A stretch of 63,454 nt of DNA, filler included, from Octopus bimaculoides (lineage: Eukaryota): assembly GCF_001194135.2 (NCBI RefSeq). It is 5 parts of 4 records of this genome, joined end to end, with 100 filler letters (N's around TTAATTAATTAA, not from the genome) between each part and the next. Parts side by side here need not be neighbours in the genome. Positions count along the whole stretch, not along the records: positions 12,982 to 33,858 come from NC_068987.1; positions 33,959 to 54,185 come from NC_069001.1; 3 more parts are not named here. The stretch is one strand, 5' to 3'. Position numbers and translations under genes: made by a program. The notes under the pieces were generated by a model that did no database searches, was not told where the DNA came from, and worked only from the letters and a program-made list of their open reading frames with translations. Positions 24,080 through 36,834 of the stretch are shown piece after piece. Within the stretch, counting starts at the first letter, position 1, and every line of letters starts with the position of its first letter.

Positions 24080-24490
24080 CACCAATGAATAGTACATAGA
24101 AATTACGTCTCCACACTTTCCATTTGTGATGACAAAATATGAACTCCTATTGGAATTTACATACCACAGACAGGAAGTATTTCTACCACTTCTACACTCC
24201 ACTTTCCTTGGATAATGGAACTGAAACCATAACATATTTATACATTTTTATTTTTATTTCTACATTCATTCTCTTATTTCGCTATATACCCCTTATTTGC
24301 TTCTTTTTACAAATTATCTCCGCATATTGAACTCTAATCTTTCCCTCTATTTAACTATCTCACATCGTCTCTGATGAAGCTGATATCCCTAATATCCCAG
24401 AAACAGCTGTAACAGTAACTTTCTCTTTATAAATGTCCTGAAAATTCCACACAGCCTTGGCTTTGTTGTCTCTTTTTATTTATGTCTCAT
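24080..24490 (+). mobile_element. Penelope-like element 3' end/pseudo-LTR, decayed
   Basis: Pyrimidine-rich segment containing a minimal hammerhead motif and ending at a TA-rich microsatellite. Boundaries uncertain. Confidence 0.55.
24367..24415 (+). ncRNA. Minimal type I hammerhead ribozyme motif, probably degenerate
   Basis: CTGATGA (24371-24377), stem II GATAT/ATATC, GAAAC (24400-24404), palindromic stem III ACAGCTGT (24403-24410), GUA cleavage triplet. Stem I is mismatched. Confidence 0.7.
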
Positions 24491-26019
24491 TGTAATGTGT
24501 ATATAAAATATATGTGTATATAAAATATATGTGTATATATATNNNNNNNNNNNNNNNNNNNNNNNNNNNNNNNNNNNNNNNNNNNNNNNNNNNNNNNNNN
24601 NNNNNNNNNNNNNNNNNNNNNNNNNNNNNNNNNNNNNNNNNNNNNNNNNNNNNNNNNNNNNNNNNNNNNNNNNNNNNNNNNNNNNNNNNNNNNNNNNNNN
24701 NNNNNNNNNNNNNNNNNNNNNNNNNNNNNNNNNNNNNNNNNNNNNNNNNNNNNNNNNNNNNNNNNNNNNNNNNNNNNNNNNNNNNNNNNNNNNNNNNNNN
24801 NNNNNNNNNNNNNNNNNNNNNNNNNNNNNNNNNNNNNNNNNNNNNNNNNNNNNNNNNNNNNNNNNNNNNNNNNNNNNNNNNNNNNNNNNNNNNNNNNNNN
24901 NNNNNNNNNNNNNNNNNNNNNNNNNNNNNNNNNNNNNNNNNNNNNNNNNNNNNNNNNNNNNNNNNNNNNNNNNNNNNNNNNNNNNNNNNNNNNNNNNNNN
25001 NNNNNNNNNNNNNNNNNNNNNNNNNNNNNNNNNNNNNNNNNNNNNNNNNNNNNNNNNNNNNNNNNNNNNNNNNNNATACTCAAATACCCAAAATTTCAAG
25101 GAGTTCCTGCCTTAAAAACAGGAGCTAACCAGTTATTTTGTGTTCTTTGCTACATTGGTTTCTATTAACCCATTTATTCTATCAGAAGAATTTTTATTCA
25201 TTAAGATAGAAGAAATACACATAATTATATATATATATATATATATACACATATTTCGTACATTTCTACTCTTGCCTGCACTTAAACTTTAAACAATTAT
25301 CTCCGCTCAGCTTTCCCCTAGCTACATCCAAGAGATATTAACCTCCAGTCATTTTCAGGCCAATATGTATTTCTCTATTGCTCCTCCATTACTTGCTATT
25401 TTTCTAACACTTTCTTATTTTCTAAAGAAGAGCTTTAACTCGAATCCTCAAAGCCAATTGTACTTCCTTCCCATAACTTCCGAACATTGAACTATAATAT
25501 TTTGTTCGCCCTTTGACTTCCACTTCATTCTTTTCATTTTAACATTTTATTTGGGTATGTATCTATTAAATATGTCTGTATGTATGTATATATGTATGTA
25601 TGTATGGATGGATGTATATACAAGTACGTCTGTCTATATGTATGTATATATTTATGTACGTATGTATGCATACATATTTCGTAAACAAATAGATAATCAA
25701 TGTAAAACCGGTGCGTTTCACACGAAGTTCTTTCTACTGAGTTTTAGACGACGTCATTTTAGTCAAAACGTCAAACATCCATTCAAAGTGATATCCGACC
25801 ACTAGAAGGTAGTAAACAACGCTAATTTTGTTTTCAAATTACAATTCAAAACTAAATAAATGAAACGATAAAACGTCTTATTCATACGTTACAAATAGTC
25901 AAAGAGAGGAATAGAGAAAGTAAAAAAAGATATAGAAATATGAACAAGAGACATGATGAAAATGAATTGAAGGAGAGACATAGAAGCATCTTCGTGTATT
26001 CTATACAAAGATTATTTTA

Positions 26020-26224
26020 TTTCTTACTTATTTCAATTTCAAGACTGCGGCCATACTGGGGCACCGCTTTGAAGAATTTTAGTCAGACGAGTAGAATCCA
26101 GGAGTTATAGTTTTAAAGCATTGAATTTGTTCAATCGAGCTCTTTTTCTGAACCGCTAGATTCAGAGAACTTTACACGCAAACACCAGTTGCCAAGTGGT
26201 GGTGGTGGACAAACAGAAACACAC

Positions 26225-26286
<62 letters not shown>

Positions 26287-26595
26287 NNNNNNNNNNNNNN
26301 NNNNNNNNNNNNNNNNNNNNNNNNNNNNNNNNNNNNNNNNNNNNNNNNNNNNNNNNNNNNNNNNNNNNNNNNNNNNNNNNNNNNNNNNNNNNNNNNNNNN
26401 NNNNNNNNNNNNNNNNNNNNNNNNNNNNNNNNNNNNNNATATATATATATATATATATATATATACACCACGGGCTTCTTTCAGTTTCCATCCAGGAAAT
26501 TCACGCACAAGTCGTGCGGAAGATTCTACATCGTGGGACTAAACACAGAAGAACCATTTGGTTGGGAAGCAAGCTTCTTACCACACAGCCACACC
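26020..26595 (-). mobile_element. SINE family B, full length, gap inside its internal microsatellite
   Basis: Tail GACTGCGGCCATACTGGGGCACCGC at 26043; head CTTACCACACAGCCAC at 26577. Confidence 0.85.
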
Positions 26596-26934
26596 TGCAC
26601 CTAATATTATATAACTTACATACCTTCTAATTCTTATCAAATAACATCGAAGGGCATTAAATCAAAAGAAACGATATAGCGCCACAACGATTACCTTGAA
26701 CTATTAAGATTCCTTCCAGCATCTTATAATATTTTTACCTGAAATGATTTTCAACATTTATTATACTAGATATGAATTAAACCATTTGGACGTGTTATAT
26801 ATATGTATATCGTACAAGTAATTGAACTTCTGCCTGCTTAACAAGCCAATGCTGTTTGTATTAAGTAATGACAAATGGACAAAACGCCTGTGTGTTGTAT
26901 TATGCTCTTTGCAATATTTAATCCCAACGAAATC

Positions 26935-27150
26935 GGTGAGTAGGCACAATCGTTAGCACACCGGAGAAAATGCATAACGAAATTCTTTTCCGGTTCTTTA
27001 CGTTCAGAGTTTAAATCCTACCGACGTTGACTATTCATTTCTTCTTTTGAGAAGTCGATAAATTAAGAGACACTTGAGCTCTCGAATCGAGGTAATCGGC
27101 TAACACTTCTCTCTATAACTGCAGGCTTTCGGTCAGAATTTGAAATCATT
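26935..27150 (+). mobile_element. SINE family A, degenerate
   Basis: AATCGTTAGCAC..GAGTTTAAATCC..GTCGATAAATTAAG..CAGAATTTGAAATCATT tail. Confidence 0.75.
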
Positions 27151-27314
27151 GTCCAATCTCATTGGACGGAATTATTTAGCTTCGTCGTTTGATGTTCTGA
27201 TATTTATTTCAAGATGTCGGTATTTCCTTGTTGTTTCTACAAAATCTATAAAATCGGTACAGTTTCCATTACAAATATTGACCGTGTCCATTAGGAAAAA
27301 TGAAATAGAAAGCA

Positions 27315-27750
27315 AGCATGGTGGTATAGTTAAGAAGCTGACGTTGCAGTCACGTGGATTCGGGTTCAGGTTTGGTACTCCTGCGTGGCACCTGAAACAA
27401 GAGTCCTCTATTATAATCCCGGAGCGATCAGTACCTTTTGACTGGATTTAGTAGACGGAAACTGTCTAGAAAGAGGTCCGTGGGATATATACATGTATGT
27501 GTACGTAAGTGTATGCGAGTGTAGATGCCTGTGTGCGTGTGTGCTTGTGTATGTCCCACGTAGCGTGTTAAAACCAGTACTGATTCCATTACGTCACTGT
27601 AAACTAGAACTTCGGTGAAAGAGACAGATAGAGTAAGTACTTGACTTTAAAAAAGTGCTGGGGCTGATTTGTTTGACTAAAAACCCTACAAGTTGAGCCC
27701 CCAGAATGGCTGCAGTCCAATGGCTGAGAAAAGTAAGCGATAAAATAAAG
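27315..27750 (+). mobile_element. SINE family B, old full-length copy
   Basis: Degenerate head, CTGCGTGGCACC, GTAGACGGAAACTG, tail GCCCCCAGAATGGCTGCAGTCCAATGGCTGAG. Confidence 0.8.
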
Positions 27751-29015
27751 ATAAATTGATAATTATTTCACGCACGTTTATAAAATAACTCTTAAAACTC
27801 GCCGCCTCGGTATATTATCTTTCGCTGATGTGCTAAAATAGACCGAAATATGTCCTTTGTTTGGATTTAAAAACAAAATCTATTACGATCCACAACTTCT
27901 GTACCATCTTCTGAAAATGTCGCTTAGCTGTATATTTTAAAGGTATCTCGCTTATTTATCGTATTGAGATTCTCAATACGTCCAGACGTTTTTGTCTTCT
28001 AATTGCATGTGTAACGTCAGTTAATCAAACTTACTCAATTCACTGCATAACATATGTGTAACTCTAACACATCTGTATTTAACGCGTAGATTGCCTACCA
28101 GAATTATCTTCCTTCAGGCATATTGCAAATTATTAAACTGAAAACTTATGTTTCCTAAGGAAATGTTTAATTACAATTACGCAAAGATTGAATCATCATT
28201 CTGTAAACTCGCTCAAAGTGTGTTAAACGTGACCGCAGTAGCCAATATGACGAAAAATTTCTAAGTGAAGAATAGTTTTAAAAGATAACTTGTATTTATA
28301 ATATGAATACACAAGCTAGTTATGAAAGAATCGGAGTATGAAAGTGTAGAAACAATACATACCAATAGAATTTAATATGATTTTTTTTTTTTTTAAAGAG
28401 AGAAAAAATTATGCGGAAAAATACAGAAAGGTAACAGAAAAATCTTGAGTGAAGAGAATTCCATTACTACTGAAAGGTAATACCAAATAAACAATCTAAA
28501 ATAAAAGAAAGCGAGGTTTTACTCACGAAGTTTTAAATTAAAATAAATCGCTTATTCATCTTTAATTGAACAGGGGTTTGCTAGGAAAAAAAATCAATGA
28601 AGACATGTCTGAGAGACTTATTTAAAGAATGAAGAATGAGTCTAAATAAATATTACTTACTTTTATAAAATAGCATGAAGAAACCAAATATGGATACTAG
28701 AATACAAGATAACTTATGATCGATGGCGAGAAATGAAAAGGAATAATGTTTCTACTCAAAACAGTGAAGTTTACACCTCGGCATATAACACAAACGTAAC
28801 TAAGTCTGCGCCTTTTACATCAGAGACACCGATCATTAACACGACTCATTTTCTTCGCGTCAAATATCTGTTTCAATCGAAGACCAAACGAAAAATTGTT
28901 TTTAAGTATTCTCTCCGCTTATGTCATTTGAAAATCTCAAACAATCTAGTAAATACTTAAACGCGGTTAGATCTTTTTCTGTCTGAGGTTGGGTTTGCTG
29001 ACGCCAGAAGTGTGT

Positions 29016-29079
<64 letters not shown>

Positions 29080-29918
29080 NNNNNNNNNNNNNNNNNNNNN
29101 NNNNNNNNNNNNNNNNNNNNNNNNNNNNNNNNNNNNNNNNNNNNNNNNNNNNNNNNNNNNNNNNNNNNNNNNNNNNNNNNNNNNNNNNNNNNNNNNNNNN
29201 NNNNNNNNNNNNNNNNNNNNNNNNNNNNNNNNNNNNNNNNNNNNNNNNNNNNNNNNNNNNNNNNNNNNNNNNNNNNNNNNNNNNNNNNNNNNNNNNNNNN
29301 NNNNNNNNNNNNNNNNNNNNNNNNNNNNNNNNNNNNNNNNNNNNNNNNNNNNNNNNNNNNNNNNNNNNNNNNNNNNNNNNNNNNNNNNNNNNNNNNNNNN
29401 NNNNNNNNNNNNNNNNNNNNNNNNNNNNNNNNNNNNNNNNNNNNNNNNNNNNNNNNNNNNNNNNNNNNNNNNNNNNNNNNNNNNNNNNNNNNNNNNNNNN
29501 NNNNNNNNNNNNNNNNNNNNNNNNNNNNNNNNNNNNNNNNNNNNNNNNNNNNNNNNNNNNNNNNNNNNNNNNNNNNNNNNNNNNNNNNNNNNNNNNNNNN
29601 NNNNNNNNNNNNNNNNNNNNNNNNTATATATATATATATGAATTGACATAAGCAGTCAGGCGCAACGTGATACCAAAAAGGAAAATTTTAATCATCCATA
29701 AGTGTGACAGTGTCGAAGCACCTACGTTACTACAAACAACAGTTAAAATCTCTTGATGATGTCAGAACGGTGCAATATATATATACACTGACGGGGAGGT
29801 AACTGCCCATGGCTTTCTCCAGAATCACTAGGCTAGGCCTGGTTTCTCCTATTTTCTAAGCATCGTCATTTGTGACTACTCAAACGATCGATGGTTTGGT
29901 TAATTCTGTCTGCCATAC

Positions 29919-30111
29919 CAGTACCTTTTGACAGGATTTAGTAGACGGAAACTGTCTAGAAAGAGGTCCATGGGATATATACATCTATGTGTATGTAATT
30001 GTATGCGAGTGTAGGTGCCTGTGTGTTTGTGTATGTCCCACGTAGCGTGTGAAACCCAGTACTGATTTTTTACATCACTGTAAACTAGCACTTCGGTGAA
30101 AGACACAGATA
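29919..30111 (+). repeat. Local duplicate of 27429-27630 (internal part of an old SINE B copy)
   Basis: Shares non-consensus variants (CAGTACCTTTTGAC, GTCTAGAAAGAGGTCC, GTCCCACGTAGCGTGT) with 27429-27630. Confidence 0.85.
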
Positions 30112-30199
30112 TACATACATACATACACACATACGTACACACATATCTAACTGAAAGATTGCGTAACCCAACGGTTGAGCATTTCGTGTACTGCACATA

Positions 30200-30268
<69 letters not shown>

Positions 30269-30799
30269 CTGCACTTATGAAGCTAATTCATAAGTTGTAA
30301 ATTTTCTTTTTATATAATGAAGTTTCTATACTGTAGGTATTGTCCTATTCAGTATTATGTGATCAACCGTAGGTTATCGATATTTCAGCGTCATTTGCTC
30401 AGAAAATCAAGTGCACCAATTTTCATTGGTATAAAAGTGAACTTATAATATGCTTATAGTGGCTGGAGGTTTCGAAGCAATTGCCCTTAGTTACCGTCAA
30501 AGAGATATATGTATCTTCTGCTCTTTGTCCTTGTGTAACGGAGTGTTAAGCAAAAAGCATGTCGTTTTTTATACCAAATGCCTAGATTTGTACGAGCAGT
30601 AGATTAAATATTGTTTACGATATAACCGAAAAATCTAAGTGTCTTAGATTGTAGAATCCTACCAACAGGACGATTCAGATGTGTCTGCCCTGTCACAGAC
30701 TAAATGCCAGAGATATCCAGTGGATAGGGTCGAAAATGTAGAGAATGTCTCCCGTCAAATTCCCGGATATACAGTACGCCAAAGATACAGTTTTTTATA

Positions 30800-30839
<40 letters not shown>

Positions 30840-30924
30840 GGATAAAATCTTTATACGAATCTATCAAGTAGTCAGCGTGAAAAAACCCCACAAGGAAAAA
30901 ACACATCGTTTTTTTCCCATAAAT

Positions 30925-31383
30925 ATAGATAATTTATATAAGGACATTAACTATATAGTAATGACTCACGCTTAGAGGGACTAAATAAGTAAAAAAACTA
31001 CCAAAAAATAAGCACATATTATTCTGTAAAAGCACGTATTACCGAGATGCAACTGGATAAAGCTAGCCTCTTTCACGGATATATAATGATGAACAAAAGT
31101 CATCGTACTGTGTTGGGTACATCGGAGTATGTTGATTTTTGTCTATTTTTTATGTGTCTCGACCATACGTGCACTGATGAACAAAAGATGCAGCTTACTT
31201 CACAGTTTTGCTGTATTAATTGTGAAACCAGTGGTTTGCCGTTCAGTTAAATGTTTTTAGGAGGTTAACTTTTTGAAAGTTCCATTCCCTCGCTTTCGGT
31301 AAATATGTGCTTATTTTGGGGTAGTTTTTGACTTATTTAGTCCCTCTAAGCGTGAGGCATTACTATATAGTTAATGCCCTTAT

Positions 31384-31397
<14 letters not shown>
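30925..31397. mobile_element. MITE with about 95-bp TIRs
   Basis: 30931-31020 (AATTTATATAAGGACATTAAC..AAGCACATATT) is the reverse complement of about 31300-31391. Ends merge into TA-rich sequence. Confidence 0.85.
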
Positions 31398-31414
<17 letters not shown>

Positions 31415-32212
31415 NNNNNNNNNNNNNNNNNNNNNNNNNNNNNNNNNNNNNNNNNNNNNNNNNNNNNNNNNNNNNNNNNNNNNNNNNNNNNNNNNNNNNN
31501 NNNNNNNNNNNNNNNNNNNNNNNNNNNNNNNNNNNNNNNNNNNNNNNNNNNNNNNNNNNNNNNNNNNNNNNNNNNNNNNNNNNNNNNNNNNNNNNNNNNN
31601 NNNNNNNNNNNNNNNNNNNNNNNNNNNNNNNNNNNNNNNNNNNNNNNNNNNNNNNNNNNNNNNNNNNNNNNNNNNNNNNNNNNNNNNNNNNNNNNNNNNN
31701 NNNNNNNNNNNNNNNNNNNNNNNNNNNNNNNNNNNNNNNNNNNNNNNNNNNNNNNNNNNNNNNNNNNNNNNNNNNNNNNNNNNNNNNNNNNNNNNNNNNN
31801 NNNNNNNNNNNNNNNNNNNNNNNNNNNNNNNNNNNNNNNNNNNNNNNNNNNNNNNNNNNNNNNNNNNNNNNNNNNNNNNNNNNNNNNNNNNNNNNNNNNN
31901 NNNNNNNNNNNNNNNNNNNNNNNNNNNNNNNNNNNNNNNNNNNNNNNNNNNNNNNNNNNNNNNNNNNNNNNNNNNNNNNNNNNNNNNNNNNNNNNNNNNN
32001 NNNNNNNNNNNNNNNNNNNNNNNNNNNNNNNNNNNNNNNNNNNNNNNNNNNNNNNNNNNNNNNNNNNNNNNNNNNNNNNNNNNNNNNNNNNNNNNNNNNN
32101 NNAAATATCCGCTACATTAATGCCTGTATACTCGGCCAATAGCTCCAGCCATAAAGAAAACCAAGTTCAGTGAAAAACTTTTATATAAAATAATTTGAAT
32201 ATTGCAATACAA

Positions 32213-32277
32213 TATAAATTTCATTACAATACAATATCGCTGGAAAATAAAACTATTGTATTGTAATGATATTTATA
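32213..32277. repeat. AT-rich inverted repeat (hairpin)
   Basis: Perfect 16-bp stem (32221-32236 with 32254-32269), 17-nt loop, extended by 7 bp after one T-T mismatch. Confidence 0.85.
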
Positions 32278-32283
32278 ATTTTT

Positions 32284-32324
<41 letters not shown>

Positions 32325-33689
32325 ATCTGTGTTTCACATATGTATAGACATACATATTAAACAGGTATACACAAACATGTATGGATGTACAGTTTTCATA
32401 AGATATGTGGATTGTTTAGTTACGGAGCCTATCATTTCTTGTTTACATTCTTTCTCTGTGTTCTTTCATACTTTGTACCGCTTTTTCTTCTTTTGGTTTT
32501 ATTTTATCACTGTGTTGTTATTTTTTTTTTAGCTTAACTGGCAGAGCAGCTAGAAATAATCCATTTATTTTCTAAGGAGAAAATATTTTTGAAATGAAAA
32601 TAAGGTAAGATAATGAGAAAGTTGGGAAAGAATGTATAACAATGACAAATATAAAATGAATGCTAAATTTAAGAAAGGGTGACAACAACTCACAAACAAC
32701 AAAAATATTGGATTGCTAAATGCCGAATCTACAAAGCGAAAAGCATGATAAAATAATGCTTAGAAAATAATTATATTCGCTTGTCTCTAACTTATCTTGT
32801 TGCTATTGTCGCTAATGGTATTGATGTTGTAGTATTGTATTTTATTATATTTTTGTTACTTTATTTTATTTTATTATCATTTTATGTATTTTGTTTTTAG
32901 AACACCGAATTTAATTACCATGTTATTTCCATGAAATTCTGTATATCCTCTATTTCAACACGAATTTTAAAAAAAAATTGAAAAGAACAACGTGCCCTCG
33001 TTGAAAGTCCTACCTGGCTAATTATATTAACTGAAGTGCAAGACTACGGTTTTAATACTGTCTGTGGCTGTGTTGGCGAAATTCTTAGAGGGTGGGGCGG
33101 TGCTTCAGTTGCTGGTAATGTTTATGAAAGAGAAATATATAAAATCACACAGAGAATCAAAATCTAAAATGTCGTTATATTTATATTTATATTTACACGT
33201 GCTTATATATGTATGTAGGCATTTATGCATATATTTATAGATGTATTCCGAAATACGCTCAGACAGACACACTTATAAAGGTCGGAGGCACTCGATCAAG
33301 CGTATGTGTATGTGTCCGTGAAAAAAGCTTAGAGAGTGAGGGAAATATATATTGTGGATTGTCGATATCGTTTTCTTGGATCAAACCGAAGGCTGATTGC
33401 ATGATTTATGAATACATAGGAATAGTTTAAAAACTCGCTTAGTCTATGACTCTCAGCCGTTTTAACATCTATGCTATTTGGGAGTTTCTTTAAGCGTTAT
33501 ATGGCGGCAAATACGGCGAATAAACAAAATATATTGTGTGTGATATCGATAATGTTTTCTTTACTAGTGCTGCTTTTAATTCGTATTTTAACACACACAC
33601 ACATGCACACACGCGCACATATATAATTCTTAGCCACAGGCAAGCACACATCTACTAATTGACAAGGAAGGCCAACCTCCTTACAGCCT

Positions 33690-33838
33690 CTCGCAGGGCT
33701 TATTCTTAGCCTAGTACTTATTCTATCGGTCTCTTTTGCCGAACCGCTCAACGTAAACACACAAGCATCAGTCGTCAAGCAATGTTGGGGGGAACAAACA
33801 TAGACACACAAACATACACAGAGACATACCTATACATA
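33690..33838 (-). mobile_element. SINE family B, internal fragment
   Basis: GCCTAGTACTTATTCTATCGGTCTCTTTTGCCGAACCGCT is identical to the block at 10190. Confidence 0.85.
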
Positions 33839-34399
33839 CATATATATATATATATATANNNNNNNNNNNNNNNNNNNNNNNNNNNNNNNNNNNNNNNNNN
33901 NNTTAATTAATTAANNNNNNNNNNNNNNNNNNNNNNNNNNNNNNNNNNNNNNNNNNNNATATATATAAGTATATATATGTGTGCGTATGTATAGATATAT
34001 ATATATATATATATATATTACATGTATATGTACGCATATACACGTATATTTATGTATGTATATGTATATGATTTACGTATGTATCTATATGATATGTAAG
34101 TCATATATGTTAGTTTATGTAAGGCGAAGTTTGGTTGCCTAACGGTTTATGAAAATATTTAAAAATAAATCCTCCAAATTTGAAAACTGAAGATTTAGTT
34201 TGGAAAAGAAGTAAATGCTGAGCTATTTTAGCAGAATAAGAATAGAATTGATAAAAATATAAGTCGTACAACTTCTCGGTTTATTAAAGTGAAATTTCAA
34301 TTTTGCTTTAACATGTACAAAATTTGTACATTAATTAATAATCCGATTAAAATTTATTAACAGTATAAGACATATAGAAATTTATGTCAAAAATTAATG

Positions 34400-34560
34400 A
34401 GGCAACAGCAGTGAGCTTGTGGAATCGTTAAAGCTTTGGAGAAAATGAGCTGCGATAGTTCTTTGCGATCTGATTTCAAATTCCGTCGAAGCCAATTTTG
34501 TCGTTCATTTCTCCGAGGCCGAAAAAGTACTGAATTCGATGGTATAACTTATCCACTTCT
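34400..34560 (+). mobile_element. SINE family A, degenerate
   Basis: GTGAGCTTGTGGAATCGTTA..TTCAAATTCCGTCGAAGCCAATTTTG. Confidence 0.65.
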
Positions 34561-35378
34561 GTCAATATATATATATATATATATATNNNNNNNNNNNNNN
34601 NNNNNNNNNNNNNNNNNNNNNNNNNNNNNNNNNNNNNNNNNNNNNNNNNNNNNNNNNNNNNNNNNNNNNNNNNNNNNNNNNNNNNNNNNNNNNNNNNNNN
34701 NNNNNNNNNNNNNNNNNNNNNNNNNNNNNNNNNNNNNNNNNNNNNNNNNNNNNNNNNNNNNNNNNNNNNNNNNNNNNNNNNNNNNNNNNNNNNNNNNNNN
34801 NNNNNNNNNNNNNNNNNNNNNNNNNNNNNNNNNNNNNNNNNNNNNNNNNNNNNNNNNNNNNNNNNNNNNNNNNNNNNNNNNNNNNNNNNNNNNNNNNNNN
34901 NNNNNNNNNNNNNNNNNNNNNNNNNNNNNNNNNNNNNNNNNNNNNNNNNNNNNNNNNNNNNNNNNNNNNNNNNNNNNNNNNNNNNNNNNNNNNNNNNNNN
35001 NNNNNNNNNNNNNNNNNNNNNNNNNNNNNNNNNNNNNNNNNNNNNNNNNNNNNNNNNNNNNNNNNNNNNNNNNNNNNNNNNNNNNNNNNNNNNNNNNNNN
35101 NNNNNNNNNNNNNNNNNNNNNNNNNNNNNNNNNNNNNNNNNNNNNNNNNNNNNNNNNNNNNNNNNNNNNNNNNNNNNNNNNNNNNNNNNNNNNNNNNNNN
35201 NNNNNNCAGATAGATAAATAGATAGAGAGGATGGTGGAGGGAGGAAGTGGAACAAGGAGGAATGGACAGAAGGGTATAGCAGTGAAGTAGAGGCCAGGAC
35301 AGAGGTATAGATAGAAAGATGGAGGAAGACAGATAGATTATATATATATATATATATATGTTATATATATATAATATA

Positions 35379-35424
<46 letters not shown>

Positions 35425-36202
35425 TACATTAAGATATAGATATATACGTTCATGCAATATATGCGAGCAGCTGTGTATGTGTGTGTGTGTTTTTTGTGTG
35501 CGTGCGTGCTCATGTGTATGTGTGTGTGTGTGTGCGTGTCTGTGTCTGTGTCTGTGTGATATTGCACGCGCGTGTGTGTGGTGCCATCATTATCTGAGTA
35601 TGCGAAGATGGTTGGCTGTTTGCTGATTGGAGAGTCGGGGGAGAAGTGAATGGAAAGGGTGAGCAACCAAGAAGAGAGAGAGAGAGAGGGAGAGAGAAGA
35701 GGATAGGCCTGAGATCTTGTAGTGTTGTGTAAGAGGGAGGAGGAGGAAGAAGGGGAAGAGGCGTGCTAGAGTAAGAGCAGTAGGAGGAGGAGGAGGAAGA
35801 GGAGGAGAAAGTGGGAAGGAGGTATTGGTTTGGTTATTGATTAGTACTCAATTCACTTTGATACACGTGCTGACTGAATCTTTGTCACAAATGTATATTA
35901 ACTGCCCAGGTACCCTAGCCTCGGTACACTTATTTCGGTACACTTACCTGGATACTCCCTGCACCGACAACAACAACAACAATAACCATACCACATTTCT
36001 GTAACAACTCTAACAATAACGACAACTATTCCAGACAACAGCAGTCGTTACAACAACAACAACAGGCACCAACAGTTACAAGAACAAACACAACAACAGC
36101 AACAATAATTACAAAACTCACAACAAAAACAACAACAACAACCAATAACAACTTTCGGTCAGAATAATGGTTTCCACTTTTGGTTCAGGGACTGTAGTTT
36201 TT

Positions 36203-36240
<38 letters not shown>

Positions 36241-36269
36241 TAGTGGTGGTATGGGGTGCGAGGTGTGGA

Positions 36270-36360
36270 GTCAATTACATTGACCCCCCCTCCCAAGTAC
36301 TTGTACTTATTTTCGTCGATCCTGAAAGGATGAAAGGCGAAGTCGATGTCGGAGGCATTG
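36270..36360 (-). mobile_element. SINE family A fragment abutting family C
   Basis: GTCGATCCTGAAAGGATGAAAGGCGAAGTCGA. Confidence 0.8.
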
Positions 36361-36740
36361 AACGATTACGACGACGAGGGTTCCAGTCGATCCGGTCAAC
36401 GGAACAGCCTGCTCGTGAAATTAACGTGCAAGTGGCTGAGCACTCCACAGACACGTGTAACCCTTAACGTAGTTCTCGGGGATATTCAGCGTGACACAGA
36501 GTGTGACAAGGCTGACCCTTTGAATTACAGACACAACAGAAACAGGAAGTAAGAGTGAGAGAAAGTTGTGGTGGTGGAAGAGTACAGCAGGGTTCGCCAC
36601 CATCCCCCTGCCGGAGCCTCGTGGAGCTTTTAGGTGTTTTCGCTCAATAAACACTCACAACGCCCGGTCTGGGAATCGAAACCGCAATCCTACGACCGCG
36701 AGTCTGCTGCTCTAACCACTGGGCCATTGCGCCTCCATAC
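36361..36740 (-). mobile_element. tRNA-derived SINE, family C, full length
   Basis: Minus strand TGGAGGCGCAATGGCCCAGTGGTTAGAGCAGCAGACTCGCGGTCG..GGTTTCGATTCCC is tRNA-like. Head and body are shared with family D. Confidence 0.85.
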
Positions 36741-36834
36741 TACACTCACAGCACACATAGAAACAACAGAAACACGAACACCATAGCCACTACAGTCAAG
36801 CAAGCAAATTAAACATCAGCACAAAACACCCAGC

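Noticed and set aside
29753-29792. TGATGA...CTGA (C/D-box-like)
   Set aside because: The boxes are too close together and there is no terminal stem.
36690-36740. tRNA-like sequences here, at 23392-23460 and at 10430-10497
   Set aside because: They continue into SINE bodies and lack a complete cloverleaf; SINE heads, not tRNA genes.
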